Of a stretch of DNA of 64,000 nucleotides, positions 54,787 to 63,993 are shown in pieces. Every line of letters starts with the position of its first letter. Within the stretch, counting starts at the first letter, position 1. The stretch spans positions 9,971-73,970 of the forward strand of contig CAVVMJ010000007.1 in the NCBI GenBank assembly GCA_963749445.1. Direction: 5' to 3'. The stretch comes from an uncultured bacterium (GTDB taxonomy: Bacteria; Patescibacteriota; Doudnabacteria; UBA920). The notes beneath the pieces were generated by a model, which saw nothing but the letters and a program-made list of their open reading frames with translations, did no database searches and was not told the origin of the DNA. Position numbers and translations under genes: made by a program.

Positions 54787-54996
54787 ATGCGCACGACGCA
54801 AACCATGACAATTTCCCTGCCGCCGCAGATTATGGAATACTTGGAAACTTACAGAAAAAAACACGATTTTACCCGGTCGGAACTAGTAAGACACGCTTTG
54901 CGGGAATTATTCAATAAACAATCTCCTGTTAATAAGCCGACAAAATCCGAGCAAGTATACCCAAAAAGGTTGGGGAGAAACAAAAAACACTACTAA
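54787..54996 (+). CDS. ribbon-helix-helix (CopG/Arc/MetJ-like) protein
   Basis: MRTTQTMTISLPPQIMEYLETYRKKHDFTRSELVRHALRELF, an RHH pattern. The track ORF from 54607 has an implausible leader. Confidence 0.65.
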   Translation: MRTTQTMTISLPPQIMEYLETYRKKHDFTRSELVRHALRELFNKQSPVNKPTKSEQVYPKRLGRNKKHY

Positions 54997-55033
54997 AATC
55001 CCGCCCCGAGCGAAGCCGAGGGGCGGGATTTTA
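54995..55033. terminator. bidirectional terminator hairpin
   Basis: AAATCCCGCCCC ... GGGGCGGGATTT, flanked by A-run and T-run. Lies between the convergent RHH gene and murA. Confidence 0.7.
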
Positions 55034-55122
55034 AACAGTTAATTAGATGGCAACCAATACACCTCATCTGTCGCTCCGATGCAGTCGCGACATCTTCCCC
55101 TCCAGGGGAAGAGGCTCCGCGG

Positions 55123-56694
55123 TTAAACCCCGCGCAATAATTCTATTTTGGCGCCAATCTTGCGCAGGCGCGAGACGAGGTCTTCGTAGCCGCGGTTGAT
55201 GGAGTAGGCGTTGCGGAGGATGGAGGTGCCTTTGGCCGCCAGCATGGCGACCAGAATGTTGGCGGCCGGGCGCAGGGCGGGAGGACAAATGACTTCTGCG
55301 CCGCGGAGCTCGGTCGGCCCTTCAATGTATACCCGATGGGCATCGGCCAAAATTATATTGGCGCGCAGCTTGGTTAATTCCATATAGTAAATTGCGCGGT
55401 TTTCGTAAACCCAGTCGTGGATTAAAGTTGTGCCCTTGGCCTGCGTGGCAATGGGCACAAAAAACGGCAAATTGTCTATATTTATGCCCAATCCGCCGGG
55501 CAACGGGTGCAATTTTTCCTCCAGCGCCTTGAGTTTGGAAGGAAAAGCTTGCACATCGGCCAAATTGGTTATGCCGTTATAACTTTTGTACTGTTTGATA
55601 ATTTTATAGCGGAAACCCATTTTTTCCAGCTTTAAAAGTTCAAGCTCCAAAAAATCAATCGGGCAACGCTCAATCGTCAGCGAAGAATTCGTCGTGGCCG
55701 CGATGGCCAAAAACAGCATTGACTCAATCGGGTCTTCGCTTAAATAATAACTGACGGTTTGGTTGATATGCGGTTTGCCGTGGACAACAAGAGTGGAAGA
55801 ACCGACCCCGTCTATTTTTACGCCCAGGGCAATAAGGAAATGGCACAAATCCCGCACCATATAATTGGCGCTGGCCATTTTGATGATGGTAATGCCGGGC
55901 AAGCGCGCGGCAGCCATTAAGGCATTTTCCGTAACCGTATCACCGGTTTCATAAAGTACGATTTCGGAGGTTTTCCCGCCGGAGGCGGATCCGCCTTTGG
56001 CGGAAAGTCCAACCGATGTGACCTGGTAATTATCATGGGTGGTTTTAACTTTAACGCCCAGTTTTTCCAAAGCGAACAAATGCGGCCGCACCGTGCGCGC
56101 GCCAAGGCGGCAGCCGCCGGGGTGGGGAAGGGCAAAATTTTGCAGCAGATGAACCAGCGGCCCAAGCAGCATCAGCACGCTGCGCGTTTTGGCCGCGGAC
56201 TCCACGTCCATAGCCTTTAAATTCAGCCTTTTTGGCGGAATAATTTGCAAATCCCGGTCTTTCCATTTCACATCCACGCCAATGCTTAAAAGAACTTCCA
56301 CCATCCGATAGACCTCTTCAATCTTGGGAACTCTTTTGAGTATGGTCTTGCCCGAATTGAGCAGGCTCGCGCACAGCAGAGCCACGGCCGCGTTTTTAGA
56401 GGTGTTGGTGGTTACTTTGCCGGAAAGTTTAAACCCACCTTCAATTTTAAAATTAACGCTTTGGCCGCCCAAAGTAATAATTTCCCGCCCCAGCACGGCG
56501 CTGATTTTAGCCAGGGTTTCCGTTGTTAAATTCTGCAAACCGTTTTCCATGCGGGCCACGGCCGATTGGGAAGTTTTCAGCAGCACGGCAAACTCCGCCT
56601 GGGTCAAGCCCTTTTGTTCGCGCGTCTGGCTAATAAACCGGCCGATTCTGGCCTGTTCTTGGGCGATATTTTTAGTTAAAGCCACATTTGGCAT
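55123..56694 (-). CDS. murA: UDP-N-acetylglucosamine 1-carboxyvinyltransferase with N-terminal XRE-type HTH domain
   Basis: N-terminal FISQTREQKGLTQAEFAVLLKTSQSAVARMENGLQN (XRE HTH). Then the MurA body: KIEGGFKLSGKVTTNTSKNAAVALLCASLL...GGCRLGARTVRPH...IIKMASANY...IHDWVYENR. 523 aa versus about 420 for typical MurA. Confidence 0.9.
   Translation of the reverse strand: MPNVALTKNIAQEQARIGRFISQTREQKGLTQAEFAVLLKTSQSAVARMENGLQNLTTETLAKISAVLGREIITLGGQSVNFKIEGGFKLSGKVTTNTSKNAAVALLCASLLNSGKTILKRVPKIEEVYRMVEVLLSIGVDVKWKDRDLQIIPPKRLNLKAMDVESAAKTRSVLMLLGPLVHLLQNFALPHPGGCRLGARTVRPHLFALEKLGVKVKTTHDNYQVTSVGLSAKGGSASGGKTSEIVLYETGDTVTENALMAAARLPGITIIKMASANYMVRDLCHFLIALGVKIDGVGSSTLVVHGKPHINQTVSYYLSEDPIESMLFLAIAATTNSSLTIERCPIDFLELELLKLEKMGFRYKIIKQYKSYNGITNLADVQAFPSKLKALEEKLHPLPGGLGINIDNLPFFVPIATQAKGTTLIHDWVYENRAIYYMELTKLRANIILADAHRVYIEGPTELRGAEVICPPALRPAANILVAMLAAKGTSILRNAYSINRGYEDLVSRLRKIGAKIELLRGV
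55976..56003. repeat. 28-nt GGATCC-centred mini-palindrome inside murA
   Basis: CCGCCGGAGGCGGATCCGCCTTTGGCGG. In the gene sense it encodes SAKGGSASGGK. A near-identical copy lies at 63182-63209. Confidence 0.8.
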
Positions 56695-56875
56695 ATTTTA
56701 TCCGCCTAAATTTTATATTTAATAGAATAAAATTAAACTCAATTATCCACCCTAACTTATTGGGTGTTTGATAATAAACAACCAAAATTTTGCGGATTTA
56801 TATCACCTATGATATTTATTGCATTCTAATTATAGCAAATCTAACTAATTCCGTCAAAATATACCATATATGACA

Positions 56876-56897
56876 AAACCCGCACGTAGGTGCGGGT
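56876..56897 (-). terminator. terminator hairpin
   Basis: AACCCGCAC-GTAG-GTGCGGGTT. On the minus strand it is followed by TTTTGTC. Lies downstream of the small membrane protein gene. Confidence 0.55.
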
Positions 56898-57017
56898 TAA
56901 AGTTTTAAGTTATAAGTTGTGGCGGCCGGTACGGTCATAGGGATATGGTTTTAGGCGACTTACAACCTATTACCTACAACTATACTGGCCGCCATACCTT
57001 ATAACCTATTCCCCATC

Positions 57018-57227
57018 TTAAAAATGAAACAGCTTCCCAAACCAGTGTTCCAAATACTGCGAGCGCTGGTTAGTAAAATAAACCACTAACAACGCAGCAA
57101 GATAAATCAAATTCAAATACAACACCTTCCATAAATCATGCCGGATAATCCGGTATTCTGCCGCGTGCATTGAGCCGCCGGAAACGGTTACGTTTTCCTG
57201 GACGATTTTTTTGTGCTTTTTGGACAT
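57018..57227 (-). CDS. small membrane protein
   Basis: From MSKKHKKIVQENVTVSGGSMHAAEYRIIRHDLWKVLYLNLIYLAALLVVYF..., with one TM. Confidence 0.45.
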   Translation of the reverse strand: MSKKHKKIVQENVTVSGGSMHAAEYRIIRHDLWKVLYLNLIYLAALLVVYFTNQRSQYLEHWFGKLFHF

Positions 57228-57371
57228 AAATAGTAGCGTTCCCAAATATACAAATCAACACAAATATACAAATTACTGACAGTGCTATAGATTTGTATAT
57301 TTGTTAAAATTTGTATATTTGCGATTACTACAATTATAGCATTTGAAAGGATTTGAACGCAAGCCGCCGGA

Positions 57372-57881
57372 GTGCTACAATACCAAAAGCTTATGACTTC
57401 ACCGCTTCTCAGTTTAGCCGCTTTAATCATCGGCATTTTGGCTTTAACCGTGGCCATTGTCGGCTGGTTAAGTTTGCGTTCCTTTAACCGCCTGCGGCAA
57501 ACGTTTTTTACCGGCAGCGGGGGAGCCAACCTGGAGCATATCCTCAATAGCCTGGCCGCAGATTTCCGGCAACTGCAAAGCCAACAAACGGCCCTGGAGC
57601 AGACCTTATTAAAGCTCAAAAAAGATTTCGGTTTCGCCGTGCAGAAAATCGGCGTGGTGCGCTTTAATCCGTTCGCGGACGGCGGCGGCAATTTTAGTTT
57701 CACTCTGGCCCTGCTCAACGGCCACGACACCGGGGTGGTCATAACCAGCATGCACGGCCGCGAGCAGAACCGAATTTATACCAAAAAAATCCAAGACGGA
57801 AAAAGCGAAACAGCGCTGACCGAAGAAGAACAGCAGGCCATTGAACGCGCGGTTGACCAGCATCGCAAACAGATGGAATAA
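57372..57881 (+). CDS. DUF4446-family protein
   Basis: N-terminal TM LLSLAALIIGILALTVAIVGW, then VVRFNPFADGGGNFSFTLALLNGHDTGVVITSMHGREQNRIYTKKI...LTEEEQQAI. Confidence 0.7.
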   Translation: MLQYQKLMTSPLLSLAALIIGILALTVAIVGWLSLRSFNRLRQTFFTGSGGANLEHILNSLAADFRQLQSQQTALEQTLLKLKKDFGFAVQKIGVVRFNPFADGGGNFSFTLALLNGHDTGVVITSMHGREQNRIYTKKIQDGKSETALTEEEQQAIERAVDQHRKQME

Positions 57882-57899
57882 TATTTCTCCACCCTTGGA

Positions 57900-58027
57900 T
57901 TCCATCCCGAGCGAGTCCTCAATGTACTCTCAAGACGAGCCGAGGGATCTATCCAATATAGCAGATCCCTCCACTCCCCCTCGACTCGTCCGCTTCGCGG
58001 TGCTCGCTCGGGGTCGGTCGGGATGGA
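57900..58027. repeat. family X palindromic element
   Basis: TTCCATCCCGAGCGAGTCCTC...GAGGGATCTATCCAATATAGCAGATCCCTCC...CTCGCTCGGGGTCGGTCGGGATGGA. Confidence 0.7.
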
Positions 58028-58118
58028 CACTTATCTAGACAAGTTATGAAGTTGTTAAATCAAAAAGGTAAATAAAACAAAACCGGTTATCAGCAATTAA
58101 TCATAGAAAGGAAAAACA

Positions 58119-58562
58119 ATGGACAAAACGTTGAGTGACGAAAATTTAAGCCAGCAGGCCGAGACCGTGGTCGGGCCGTCCGTAAAAATTCAGGGCGACC
58201 TGAATTCCGAAGGCAACATCCGCATAGAAGGCCAGGTCAGCGGCAAAGTCAAAACCAGCCAAAGCGTGTTCGTCAACCAGGGCGCCAAAATCGCGGCCGA
58301 CGTTGTGGCCGGCAACGCCGTCATCGGCGGAGATGTCCAGGGAAATCTTAAAATTTCCGGGCACTTAATTCTCCAAACCACCGCCAAAATTACCGGCGAC
58401 GTCACTTGCTCAATTCTGCGCGTGGAAGACGGCGCCCAGTTTACCGGCAAATGCGCCATGAACGGCGCCGTGGCGGGAGCCCAACCGCCCACCAACGGCC
58501 ATACTGAACGCGGCGCCAGCAAAAAAACCGGCCGTGAGGAAATTTTGGAGATGGAAGAATAG
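58119..58562 (+). CDS. bactofilin-family cytoskeletal protein
   Basis: Beta-helix repeats: VKIQGDLNSEGNIRIEGQVSGKVKTSQSVFVNQGAKIAADVVAGNAVIGGDVQGNLKISGHLILQTTAKITGDV. Confidence 0.85.
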   Translation: MDKTLSDENLSQQAETVVGPSVKIQGDLNSEGNIRIEGQVSGKVKTSQSVFVNQGAKIAADVVAGNAVIGGDVQGNLKISGHLILQTTAKITGDVTCSILRVEDGAQFTGKCAMNGAVAGAQPPTNGHTERGASKKTGREEILEMEE

Positions 58563-58662
58563 ATAGCGATACTAATATACGAATGCATACGAATGATACT
58601 AATAATACGAATTCGTATTATTCGTTTCATTAGTATCAATTAGTATACTGGTATCTTTTAAT

Positions 58663-59505
58663 ATGTACTACTATATTCTCGACCAAGGCAATCTGCCTCT
58701 TGAAAAATACGAGAAGCTGCAAACCCAACTTTCGGGGCTGTTGGCCGAGTTTAAAATTTCCGGCGAAAACGCCCGCGTCACGCCGCTGCGCAGCATCACC
58801 GATTTGGTGGATACCGCCAGCCAGCGCGGCACCAACACTTTGGTGGCCTGCGGTTCGGACGATACCTTTAACGTCATGCTGGCCGCGCTCAAAGGCCGCG
58901 ATTTTACTTTGGGTTTTATTCCCTTGGACGAAAATTCCATTTTGAGCACAATCTTAGGCATCCCAGATTTGTTTACCGGCGTCAAAACCATTGCCGCGCG
59001 CCGCATTGAAAAAATTGATTTGGCCAGAATTTCCGGCAGCTACTTTATCAGTTTTTTGGAATTTGGCGTTATGAGCCAGCGCCTGCAATCCGCCGGGCTG
59101 TGGCAGTCGTTAAAACTTCTGTCCAGCGAATCCAAAAACTTTACCATCCGGATTGATGATTCTTACACCGTCAACTTAAGCGGGCTCGGGGGGCTCGTGG
59201 CCAACATCCGTTCCAACTCCGGCAAAGACCAAAAAATCGCCAACCCCACGGACGGCAATTTGGATTTATTGATGCTGGAACGGCTGAAAAAAACCCAAGT
59301 TTTGGCTTACCGCCGCAGCATTGTGGACGGCCTCTTGGAAAAAGTGCCCAAGACCACGGTCATCAAATGCAAAAAAATCCAATTTTTGGAGCCGCGCGGT
59401 TTCCCCTTAACTATGCTTGGCCGCATGGTGACCAAATTCCCCGCCACCGTGGAAATTATTCCCAACCGGCTTAAAATGATTGTGGGGAAAAACCGGACAT
59501 TTTAA
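58663..59505 (+). CDS. diacylglycerol/lipid kinase catalytic-domain-like protein (YegS/BmrU-like, degenerate)
   Basis: NTLVACGSDDTFNVMLAAL sits in place of the GGDGT motif. Overall length and pattern fit DAGK_cat proteins. Confidence 0.55.
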   Translation: MYYYILDQGNLPLEKYEKLQTQLSGLLAEFKISGENARVTPLRSITDLVDTASQRGTNTLVACGSDDTFNVMLAALKGRDFTLGFIPLDENSILSTILGIPDLFTGVKTIAARRIEKIDLARISGSYFISFLEFGVMSQRLQSAGLWQSLKLLSSESKNFTIRIDDSYTVNLSGLGGLVANIRSNSGKDQKIANPTDGNLDLLMLERLKKTQVLAYRRSIVDGLLEKVPKTTVIKCKKIQFLEPRGFPLTMLGRMVTKFPATVEIIPNRLKMIVGKNRTF

Positions 59506-59726
59506 GTTCACGGATACGCGGATTGAATCAGATATCGCGGATGTAGCGGCACGCCGTGGCGTGCCGCTTTGTTTACGATCTCACCCGCCCGGTGTAGTGT
59601 GCCGATTTATCGGCTCTGACGTTACCCGCTGTAATACGGGCCCGTGGCCTGCTTTTTTTATCCAAAACAAAACCGGCGGGGCTCGCTTGCGAACCAACCG
59701 CCGGTTTCATTATCTAAACATAATTT

Positions 59727-59962
59727 TTAATGTATTGGCGGGCCGTCAGGCGGATTCTTGCCGTTGGTAACCACAAAGCTCACGCAATCGCCCTGGTTCT
59801 TGAACGTATCGCCAAAGTCTCGCCAGTCGTCTTTCTTGCACTGGTCTTTGCTGGTCGGCACAGTCGGCGGGGGGGCGGCGTAAAATCCGCCAAAGCTGTC
59901 CCGGCGGCGACAAACAAGCTTGCCGCGGCCAGCAAAGAGGAAACAACAATTTGTTTTTTCAT
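59727..59962 (-). CDS. small secreted Cys-containing protein, frame broken in a C7/G7 homopolymer
   Basis: Signal MKKQIVVSSLLAAASLFVAAGTALA DFT(P)PP, then the poly-C run (G7 at 59869-59875 on +). The next frame reads PPPTVPTSKDQCKKDDWRDFGDTFKNQGDCVSFVVTNGKNPPDGPPIH* to stop 59727-59729. Confidence 0.65.
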
Positions 59963-60168
59963 TTTTGATTTCTTTCCGAAAAAATAATCTTTTCGACCTT
60001 TTACAATATTATATCATAGAAAAAAACCGGCAAGTTTACCCCGTACCGTCCCGACTTGTCGGAACCAGTGCGGGGTTATTCATACGTAACTATCGGAAAG
60101 CCCAAAAATCGCTTATAGCGAGCGCAAGAATTTTGACATCATTTGGGGACTGACAACCGCGGCAAACG

Positions 60169-60197
60169 CTTGATTTTATTAGAGTTTGCAAGTATAA
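60169..60197 (+). promoter_or_regulatory. sigma70-like promoter upstream of infB
   Basis: TTGATT (60169-60174), a 17-nt spacer, then TATAAT (60192-60197). About 130 nt upstream of the infB ATG. Confidence 0.55.
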
Positions 60198-60329
60198 TCA
60201 ATGGGTTAAACATTATTTTCCCTCCAACCACCCCGTCTCGCGAAGCTCACCACCCCTCCTCAGCAAGGAGGGGAAGCTCCGCGGTTCAGCGACATATCAG
60301 CGTCCCTATCAGCGACGTATCAGCGGAAT

Positions 60330-62249
60330 ATGAATTTATCCAGCCTCTCGTCACAATTAAATATGTCCATCCAAGACCTCCGCCTCAAAGCCAAGGAGAA
60401 GGGGTATTTTATTTCACCCAAGGCCAACAAGGTGGACAATTACGTGGCCAGAAAAATGATGGAAATTTTCGGCAAGCCGGCGCCAACTCCGTCGGGACCC
60501 AAAGAAATCAAAAAAATCAAACTGCCGGGCTTCATTAAAGTGCGCGACTTGGCCGACTTGCTCAAACTGCCCGTCACCGAAGTCATTAAAACTTTAATCA
60601 AAAACGGCGTCATGGCCACCATCAACGAAGAGGTAGATTTTGACACGGCCAGCATTGTGGCCCAGGATTTGGGTTTTGAAGTGGAAACCGAAGCCGACCA
60701 AACGCACAAAGAATTCGGCTTGGGATTCTTGCAGGAAATTTTAGCCAACGAAAAAGAAGAAAATTTAAAGCCGCGCTTTCCGATTGTCACCATAATGGGC
60801 CACGTGGACCACGGCAAAACCACGCTGCTTGATACCATCCGCAAAACTAAAGTTGCCGAAGGCGAAAGTGGGGGCATTACTCAGCACATCGGCGCCTACC
60901 GCGTGCAAAAAAACGGCAAGTGGATTACGTTTTTGGATACCCCGGGCCACGAAGCGTTTTCCGAAATGCGCGCCCGCGGCGCCAATGTTACGGACATTAT
61001 CGTGCTGGTAGTGGCCGCGGACGACGGCGTCAGGCCGCAGACTTTGGAAGTCATCAACCGCGCCAAATTTACCGAAACGCCGATGATTGTGGCCATCAAC
61101 AAAGTGGACAAGCCCGAAGCCAACGTCATTAAAGTCAAACAGGAGCTGGCCGGCGTTGGGGTTTTAACCGAAGAATGGGGTGGCAAAACCATTGCCTGCG
61201 AAATTTCCGCCAAACAGGGTTTGGGCATAGACAATCTTTTGGAAATGATTTTACTGACCGCAGAGTTGGAAAATTTACGCGCCAACCCGCAAGGCAAGAC
61301 AATCGGCACGGTCATTGAAAGCAAAATTAGCCAAGGTATGGGAGCCACGGCCACGGTGATCATCCAAAACGGCACCTTAAAAATCGGCGATATTTTTGCC
61401 GCGGGAACCGCTTTTGGCAGAATCCGGTCGCTGGAGGACGAAAAAGGCCGCAAGCTTAAAGACGCCGGCCCTTCCATCCCGGTGCAAATCTCCGGCCTGT
61501 CCGAAACGCCCAAGGCCGGCGACATTTTGCAGGTTATGGAAAATTTGGACGAGGCGCGGCAGATTGCCATGTCCGCCAAAAAAAAGGAGCAAAGCCACCG
61601 CTTTGCGCGCCACGGCCTGGCCGGGGACATAACCAGCAAAAGCTTAAATTTGGTTTTAAAGGCCGACGTGGCCGGCAGTTTGGAAGCCATTAAGCAAAGC
61701 ATTGCCAAATTAAAAAATGATGAGGTAAAAATTAATATTTTGTCCGACGGCGTGGGTGAAATAAACGAGTCCGATGTCCTGCGGGCCTCCAGCGCCAAAG
61801 CCACCGTTTTGGCGTTTCGCGTCAAGACCAATCCCAAAGCCGAAAGCCTGGCCAAACAAAGCAAGGTTACGATTGACAGCTACGAGGTTATTTACGAACT
61901 GCTCGAAGACGTAACTTCGGCGGTCATTAAAATGTTCACGCCCGAGCTGGAAAAAGTCGCCTACGGCACGGCCAAAGTTTTGGCGATTTTCCGCACGGAA
62001 AAAGGCGTAATGATCGTGGGCGGCAGCGTGCTCTCCGGCCAAATCAAAAAAAACAGCCGCATCGCGATTTTTAGAAATGACGTTGAGTTGGGTCGAGGCG
62101 AAATTATGGAACTCCAGCAAACCAAAGTCGCCGCCAAAACCATCGGCATCAACGAAGAATTCGGCATCAAACTAAAAACCCCGGTCAAAATTTTAGTCGG
62201 GGATATTTTGGAAAGCTTTGAGGAGAAAATAAAGATAAAAACTTTGTAA
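60330..62249 (+). CDS. infB: translation initiation factor IF-2
   Basis: G domain [28 protein letters not shown]. 639 aa. Confidence 0.97.
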   Translation: MNLSSLSSQLNMSIQDLRLKAKEKGYFISPKANKVDNYVARKMMEIFGKPAPTPSGPKEIKKIKLPGFIKVRDLADLLKLPVTEVIKTLIKNGVMATINEEVDFDTASIVAQDLGFEVETEADQTHKEFGLGFLQEILANEKEENLKPRFPIVTIMGHVDHGKTTLLDTIRKTKVAEGESGGITQHIGAYRVQKNGKWITFLDTPGHEAFSEMRARGANVTDIIVLVVAADDGVRPQTLEVINRAKFTETPMIVAINKVDKPEANVIKVKQELAGVGVLTEEWGGKTIACEISAKQGLGIDNLLEMILLTAELENLRANPQGKTIGTVIESKISQGMGATATVIIQNGTLKIGDIFAAGTAFGRIRSLEDEKGRKLKDAGPSIPVQISGLSETPKAGDILQVMENLDEARQIAMSAKKKEQSHRFARHGLAGDITSKSLNLVLKADVAGSLEAIKQSIAKLKNDEVKINILSDGVGEINESDVLRASSAKATVLAFRVKTNPKAESLAKQSKVTIDSYEVIYELLEDVTSAVIKMFTPELEKVAYGTAKVLAIFRTEKGVMIVGGSVLSGQIKKNSRIAIFRNDVELGRGEIMELQQTKVAAKTIGINEEFGIKLKTPVKILVGDILESFEEKIKIKTL

Positions 62250-62439
62250 AGAAATTGGTAGAAATATGCCCCGATAAATCGGGACGAAATTTATTGAAAT
62301 TGGTTGCTGTAGGGGCGGGTCTAGACCCGCCCTTTTCTTTGCCCGAAAACGGATTTAGCCTGCCCTTGCCCAAACTGTGGAAATTGATTATACTATGGGG
62401 CTGATATAATAAATATTGAAGCGAGATTATCTAGTTGTG

Positions 62440-62509
62440 CCATCCCGACCGAAGTGGATGGATCTATTATTAACAGATTCCTCGGCTCGGATGCACTCGA
62501 TCGGAATGG
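62440..62509. repeat. family X palindromic element, short form
   Basis: CCATCCCGACCGAAGTGGATGGATCTATTATTAACAGATTCCTCGGCTCGGATGCACTCGATCGGAATGG. Ends 9 nt before the rbfA start. A half copy lies at 5025-5055. Confidence 0.7.
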
Positions 62510-62517
62510 AATAATGT

Positions 62518-62880
62518 ATGAGACCAGTAAAAAAAGACACCAACCGCATTGCCAAGGTCAATTCGCTAATTAGGCGCGAGTTGGGACCGATTTTGTTAGT
62601 GTTTTTACAGGGGATGGAGGGATTAGTGACCATTACCAAAGCCGACACCAGCAAGGATATGAAGTGGTGCAAGGTTTGGATTTCCATTTTGGGCGGAGAT
62701 GATGATAAAATTTTAGGTTATCTTGCAAAAAATATTTACGACATCCAGGGCGAGCTGAATAAATATTTTTTCACTAAAATTATCCCGCGGATTTCCTTTC
62801 ACCTGGATACCAGCCCAAGGTACGCGCAGCATATTGATGAAGTGATACGGAAGATACACGATGAAGAAGAGACAATTTAA
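62518..62880 (+). CDS. rbfA: ribosome-binding factor A
   Basis: RIAKVNSLIRRELGPIL...VTITKADTSKDMKWCKVWISIL...IPRISFHLDTS. Canonical position after infB. Confidence 0.9.
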   Translation: MRPVKKDTNRIAKVNSLIRRELGPILLVFLQGMEGLVTITKADTSKDMKWCKVWISILGGDDDKILGYLAKNIYDIQGELNKYFFTKIIPRISFHLDTSPRYAQHIDEVIRKIHDEEETI

Positions 62881-62946
62881 GAATTACGGATTGCGGATTA
62901 CGAATTCGTAATGCGCAATCCGTAATTAATAATTCCTATTAAGTTA

Positions 62947-63932
62947 ATGCAGCAAGATTTTATTAAAGCCAAACAACTAATTGACCAATCCCAAAACATC
63001 CTCCTGACAATGCATGAGCGGATGGACGGGGATGACGGCGGCAGCGTGCTGGCCGTTTTTCATCATTTGGCCAAAAACGGCAAGCAGGTCACCTGCGCCA
63101 TCAAAAAGGGCGTACCGCTCGCTTTGCGTTTTCTGCCCGGCAGCGAAAAAATCGCCGATGACATCAGCCATCAAAATTTTTCCGCCGAAGGCGGATCCGC
63201 CTCTGGCGGAGACTTTGATCTACTGATAATGTTCGGATGCTCTGCCAAAGACCGCTGCGGCAGCGAAGATATTATCAATTTGAACGTGCCTACGATTAAT
63301 TTTGACCACCATCCCGACAACTCCCATTTTGCCGACGTGAACGCCGTGGATCCGGCCAAATCTTCCGTGGCGGAGATAATTTATGACTTTTTCCGCTTCC
63401 ACAACTGGCCCATAACCCCCGAAGTCGCCACTTGTCTTTTGACCGGAATTATTACCGACACAGGCTCATTTATGCACGCCAACACCAAAAACTCTACGCT
63501 CAAAACCGCGGGCGAGCTGATGCGCAAAGGCGCCCAAACCAACCTTATCATTAAACACACTTCCCTGGGCAAAAATCCCCAAATTTTAAAAGCCTGGGAC
63601 AGGCTTTGGAAAACTCGCATTACGATAAAAAACACAAAATTATTTACGCTGTAATGACGGGAGAAGATTTACTCAATTTTAAAAACCTGCCGCAGGCGGC
63701 CTTTGAAGGATTCGTGGAAACGTTGAATACTTACCCGGATGCAAAGTTCGCCATGTTTTTGCGGCAGGACGGCGACGTAATTAAAGGCAGCCTGCGCTCC
63801 GACCCTTATAAAAATATTGATGTTTCCCAAATCGCCAAAGCCTTTGGCGGCGGCGGCCACAAACTGGCGGCGGGGTTTTCGCTGGCGGGAAAACTGACTA
63901 AGGACGAGGCGGGAAAATGGCGCGTAATTTAA
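62947..63932 (+). CDS. DHH-family phosphoesterase (NrnA-like), interrupted by a 1-nt frameshift as sequenced
   Basis: The N-terminal part has HERMDGDDGGSVLAV, FDHHPDN and GIITDTGSF. The C-terminal part (track 63606..63932) has SLRSDPYKNIDVSQIAKAFGGGGHKLAAG. Joined as QILKAWGQALENSHYDKK by adding one G at 63596-63598. Confidence 0.85.
63182..63209. repeat. 28-nt GGATCC-centred mini-palindrome inside the nrnA-like gene
   Basis: CCGCCGAAGGCGGATCCGCCTCTGGCGG encodes SAEGGSASGGD. It differs at 2 of 28 positions from the murA copy. Confidence 0.8.
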
Positions 63933-63961
63933 TTGAACAAAATTAAATAAAATTTAAAAAA

Positions 63962-63993
63962 TTGACATAATTGCCAACCGGTAATTATGTCAA
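63962..63993. terminator. hairpin after the nrnA-like gene
   Basis: TTGACATAATT-GCCAACCGGT-AATTATGTCAA: 11-bp arms and a 10-nt loop. Confidence 0.45.
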
